From an uncultured delta proteobacterium (GTDB lineage Bacteria; Desulfobacterota; Binatia; UBA9968), in NCBI GenBank assembly GCA_963816145.1, contig CAWFJP010000031.1, forward strand, positions 320,001-384,000: DNA of 64,000 nucleotides, in the 5' to 3' direction. A program made the position numbers and the translations under genes. Shown here in pieces: positions 61,425 through 64,000 of the stretch. Numbering within the stretch: the first letter of the stretch is position 1; each line of letters opens with the position of its first letter. Under the pieces are notes generated by a model, which searched no databases, was not told where the DNA came from, and saw nothing but the letters and a program-made list of their open reading frames with translations.

Positions 61425-63050
61425 TCAGCTCACGCCGCTGATGGTTCCGTCATCAGCGACGTTCATCTTAACCGCTTGCGGTACCTTCGGCAGGCCGGGC
61501 ATAAGCAGCATGTTGCCGGCGACGGCGACGATATAACCGGCGCCGCTGGATAAATTCGCGTCGGAGATCGCCAGCGTCCAGTCTTTGGGAGCGCCGAGTT
61601 TTTTCGCATCGTCGGATAGCGAGTTCTGCGTCTTGGCAACGCACACTGGCAGATGGCCGAAGCCAAGTGCGGAGAACTTGGCGATTTTCTCTTTGGCTTG
61701 TGGGCTAAATTCGACGGCGCTGGCGCCATAAATTTCAGTGGCGATGCGAGAGATTTTCGCCTCGATGCCAACCTCCGCGCGATAGAGTGGTTGGACTTGG
61801 TCGAGATTTGCTTTGTTTGCAGCGTCGATGACTGATTCGCCGAGTTCGAGCGCACCGGCGCCGCCCTTGGCGAAAACATCGGCGAGCGTGGCCTCGACGC
61901 CAAGGCGGGCGCAGAATGTTTTTATCGTTTGCAGCTCTTCATCGCGGTCGTCGGGAAAGCGATTGAGCGCAACTACCAGTGGCAGATGAAACTTGCCGAG
62001 ATTTTCGATGTGCTTGGCGAGATTGTCCAAGCCAGCCGTCAAAGCGGCGGATGCCGGGTCGTGCCGTTTGAGCGCGCGCACGGTGGCGACCAACACGGCA
62101 GCGGCTGGTTTGATGCCCGACGATGGCATGACTATGTCGAGGTATTTTTCCGCACCGAGGTCGGCACCAAAGCCCGCTTCGTTGACGACATACTCGCCCA
62201 ATGCCAAAGCCATGCGCTGGGCGATAACGCTGCATGTGCCGTGGGCGATATTACCGAAGGGGCCGGCATGAATCAGCGCCGGAGTCTGTTCGGTGGTTTG
62301 CACCAGATTGGGGCGCAGCGCGTCATGGAGCAGTACCATCATGGCGCCGACCGCGCGCAGGTCACCGGCATGAACCGGCGCGCCATCGGCGTTGAAGCCG
62401 ACGGTAATCGCGCCGAGCCGGCGCGCGCAATCGTCCGACGATTGGGCGAGGGCGAGGATCGCCATGACCTCCGATGCCGCGGTGATGACGAATCTGGCGC
62501 GGCGCGGCGCGCCGTTCGCTTTACCGCCCAAGCCGGTTTCGACCTGGCGCAAAGCACGGTCGTTCATGTCGACGGTGCGCGGCCAGGCAATGGTCGCTGG
62601 ATCGATGCGCAACTCGTTGCCGTGGAATATATGCGCGTCGAGCATGGCGGCGAGCAAATTGTGCGCGGCCGTGACGGCGTGTTTGTCGCCGTTGAAATGC
62701 AGATTGATCTTTCCCGCCGGCAAGACTTGCGACTTGCCGCCGCCGGTGGCACCGCCTTTGACGCCAAACACCGGGCCGAGCGACGGTTCGCGCAAAGTCA
62801 CGATGGGCCGCTTGCCGAGTCTTTCGAGGCCTTGGGCGAGGCCAATGGAGATTACTGTTTTTCCTTCGCCGGCGCTGGTCGGCGTAATCCCGGTGACCAG
62901 AATGAGCTTGCCTTTGGGCGCCGCGTCGGGTGCCGGCAAACGGGCGAGGCTGACTTTGGCCGAGTATCGGCCGAAGGTTTCAAGATCGGTCTCGGGGATG
63001 CCGATCTTGCGCGCGATTGCGGTGATCGGTTGTAGCTCTACGTCGGCCAT
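61425..63050 (-). CDS. fhs: Formate--tetrahydrofolate ligase
   Basis: TPT.AGEGKT, LREPSLGP.FG.KGGA.GGG, HAGPFGNIAHG, AKTQ.SLSD, MPGLP; GAGGAG RBS. Confidence 0.95.
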   Translation of the reverse strand: MADVELQPITAIARKIGIPETDLETFGRYSAKVSLARLPAPDAAPKGKLILVTGITPTSAGEGKTVISIGLAQGLERLGKRPIVTLREPSLGPVFGVKGGATGGGKSQVLPAGKINLHFNGDKHAVTAAHNLLAAMLDAHIFHGNELRIDPATIAWPRTVDMNDRALRQVETGLGGKANGAPRRARFVITAASEVMAILALAQSSDDCARRLGAITVGFNADGAPVHAGDLRAVGAMMVLLHDALRPNLVQTTEQTPALIHAGPFGNIAHGTCSVIAQRMALALGEYVVNEAGFGADLGAEKYLDIVMPSSGIKPAAAVLVATVRALKRHDPASAALTAGLDNLAKHIENLGKFHLPLVVALNRFPDDRDEELQTIKTFCARLGVEATLADVFAKGGAGALELGESVIDAANKANLDQVQPLYRAEVGIEAKISRIATEIYGASAVEFSPQAKEKIAKFSALGFGHLPVCVAKTQNSLSDDAKKLGAPKDWTLAISDANLSSGAGYIVAVAGNMLLMPGLPKVPQAVKMNVADDGTISGVS

Positions 63051-63261
63051 GAAATTTGCTCCTCGGAAGAAGTTGAACGCTGAATAGCGCATCGCGACGT
63101 TGTTGTCCATGCGCGCGGTTTTTCTTTATCGGAATCAGTTGCTACGCTGACTGTAAAGCAGGTCTCAGTTTGTTAAGATCCATCATCTGAAGTGTGGGGC
63201 AAAATGCTTTGGTGTTGTCACTGCGTGCTCGACGATTGTCGGCTCTCTCATTGAAGCCAAT

Positions 63262-64000
63262 ATGAGTTTATCTCAATCGAATTCTCCTGCCGGTGCGCCA
63301 ACGGATGACGATCCTTACCTGTGGCTGGAAGACGTCGCCGGCGATCGCGCGCTCGCCTGGGTGCGTGATCAGAACGCTGCGAGCGTAAGCGAGCTTGAAG
63401 GCTCAGCTGGGTTCGCCAGCTTGTGCACGCGTCTGCTGGCGATCTATGAATCCGACGAGCGTATTCCGAATGTCACCAAGCATGGCACGTACTACTATAA
63501 TTTCTGGCGGGACGAAAAACAGATCCGTGGCGTGTGGCGGCGGACGAGCTTGGAGGAATATCGCAAGGCCGATCCCGCTTGGGAGATCGTCCTCGATCTC
63601 GATCAACTTGCCGGCGTAGAAAAGGAGAACTGGGTCTGGAAGGGCGCCGATGTGTTGCGGCCAAGCCATGACCGGGCGCTGCTTTTTCTATCCCGGGGCG
63701 GCGCTGATGCTGCGGTGACACGCGAGTTCGATTTGGGCAAAAAAGAGTTCGTGGCGCACGGGTTCACTCTCCCGGAGGCGAAAAGCCGGGTGGCTTGGCG
63801 CCATCGCGATGCCATCTACATCGGCAGCGATTTCGGTCCGGGATCGCTCACGAATTCCGGTTATCCGCGGGTTGTTAAAGAATGGCCGCGTGGCACGCCG
63901 GTGGGCGCTGCTAAAACCGTTTTCGAAGGCAAGTCTGAGGATGTCAGTGTCTCTGCTTCGGTGGTGCATGACCATGGGCGTATTTATGAATTCATTTCCC
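63262..64000 (+). CDS. Prolyl oligopeptidase (S9A), partial; runs off the window
   Basis: DDPYLWLEDV.G..ALAWV..QN, YYNFW, GVWRR, LSRGGADA..REFD. Confidence 0.88.
   Translation, partial: MSLSQSNSPAGAPTDDDPYLWLEDVAGDRALAWVRDQNAASVSELEGSAGFASLCTRLLAIYESDERIPNVTKHGTYYYNFWRDEKQIRGVWRRTSLEEYRKADPAWEIVLDLDQLAGVEKENWVWKGADVLRPSHDRALLFLSRGGADAAVTREFDLGKKEFVAHGFTLPEAKSRVAWRHRDAIYIGSDFGPGSLTNSGYPRVVKEWPRGTPVGAAKTVFEGKSEDVSVSASVVHDHGRIYEFIS

Noticed and set aside
61425-63050. fhs as evidence for a Wood-Ljungdahl pathway
   Set aside because: No other pathway genes are in the window, and fhs is widespread in one-carbon metabolism

Overview
This 64-kb bacterial window is GC-rich. Its gene content resembles Candidatus Binatia (inference): many orphan NMT1/SsuA- and TctC-type binding proteins, amidohydrolases, a Rieske oxygenase and an LLM. 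0.2-12.9 kb is a general-stress/desiccation island (CsbD x2, Fet4-like permease, entericidin, BON, YtxH, DUF3185 x2, DUF3309, GT4, Mn-SOD, Crp/Fnr, a Gln-rich secreted protein) with several microproteins missing from the ORF track. Three of its units share one promoter design: a double-palindrome enhancer (CGACC-N4-GGTCGA-N5-TCGAC) 109/109/110 bp upstream of a sigma54 -24/-12 box. 13-17 kb holds pgm, an aldo-keto reductase and a phosphatase. 17.7-23 kb is decayed: metacaspase and PG-hydrolase remnants, a GT87 split by a complete IS1182 with CTAG target duplication, and ynbC/ynbD-like pseudogenes. 24-60 kb is mostly transport and catabolism, plus tex, a Cys-less LOV-like PAS sigma54 activator with its probable fasciclin target, and two paralogues that fuse a degenerate GIY-YIG domain through a TM helix to a SPOR domain. 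The window ends with fhs and a partial prolyl oligopeptidase. Several single-base frameshifts in otherwise intact genes suggest sequencing indels. No rRNA, tRNA or CRISPR was seen.
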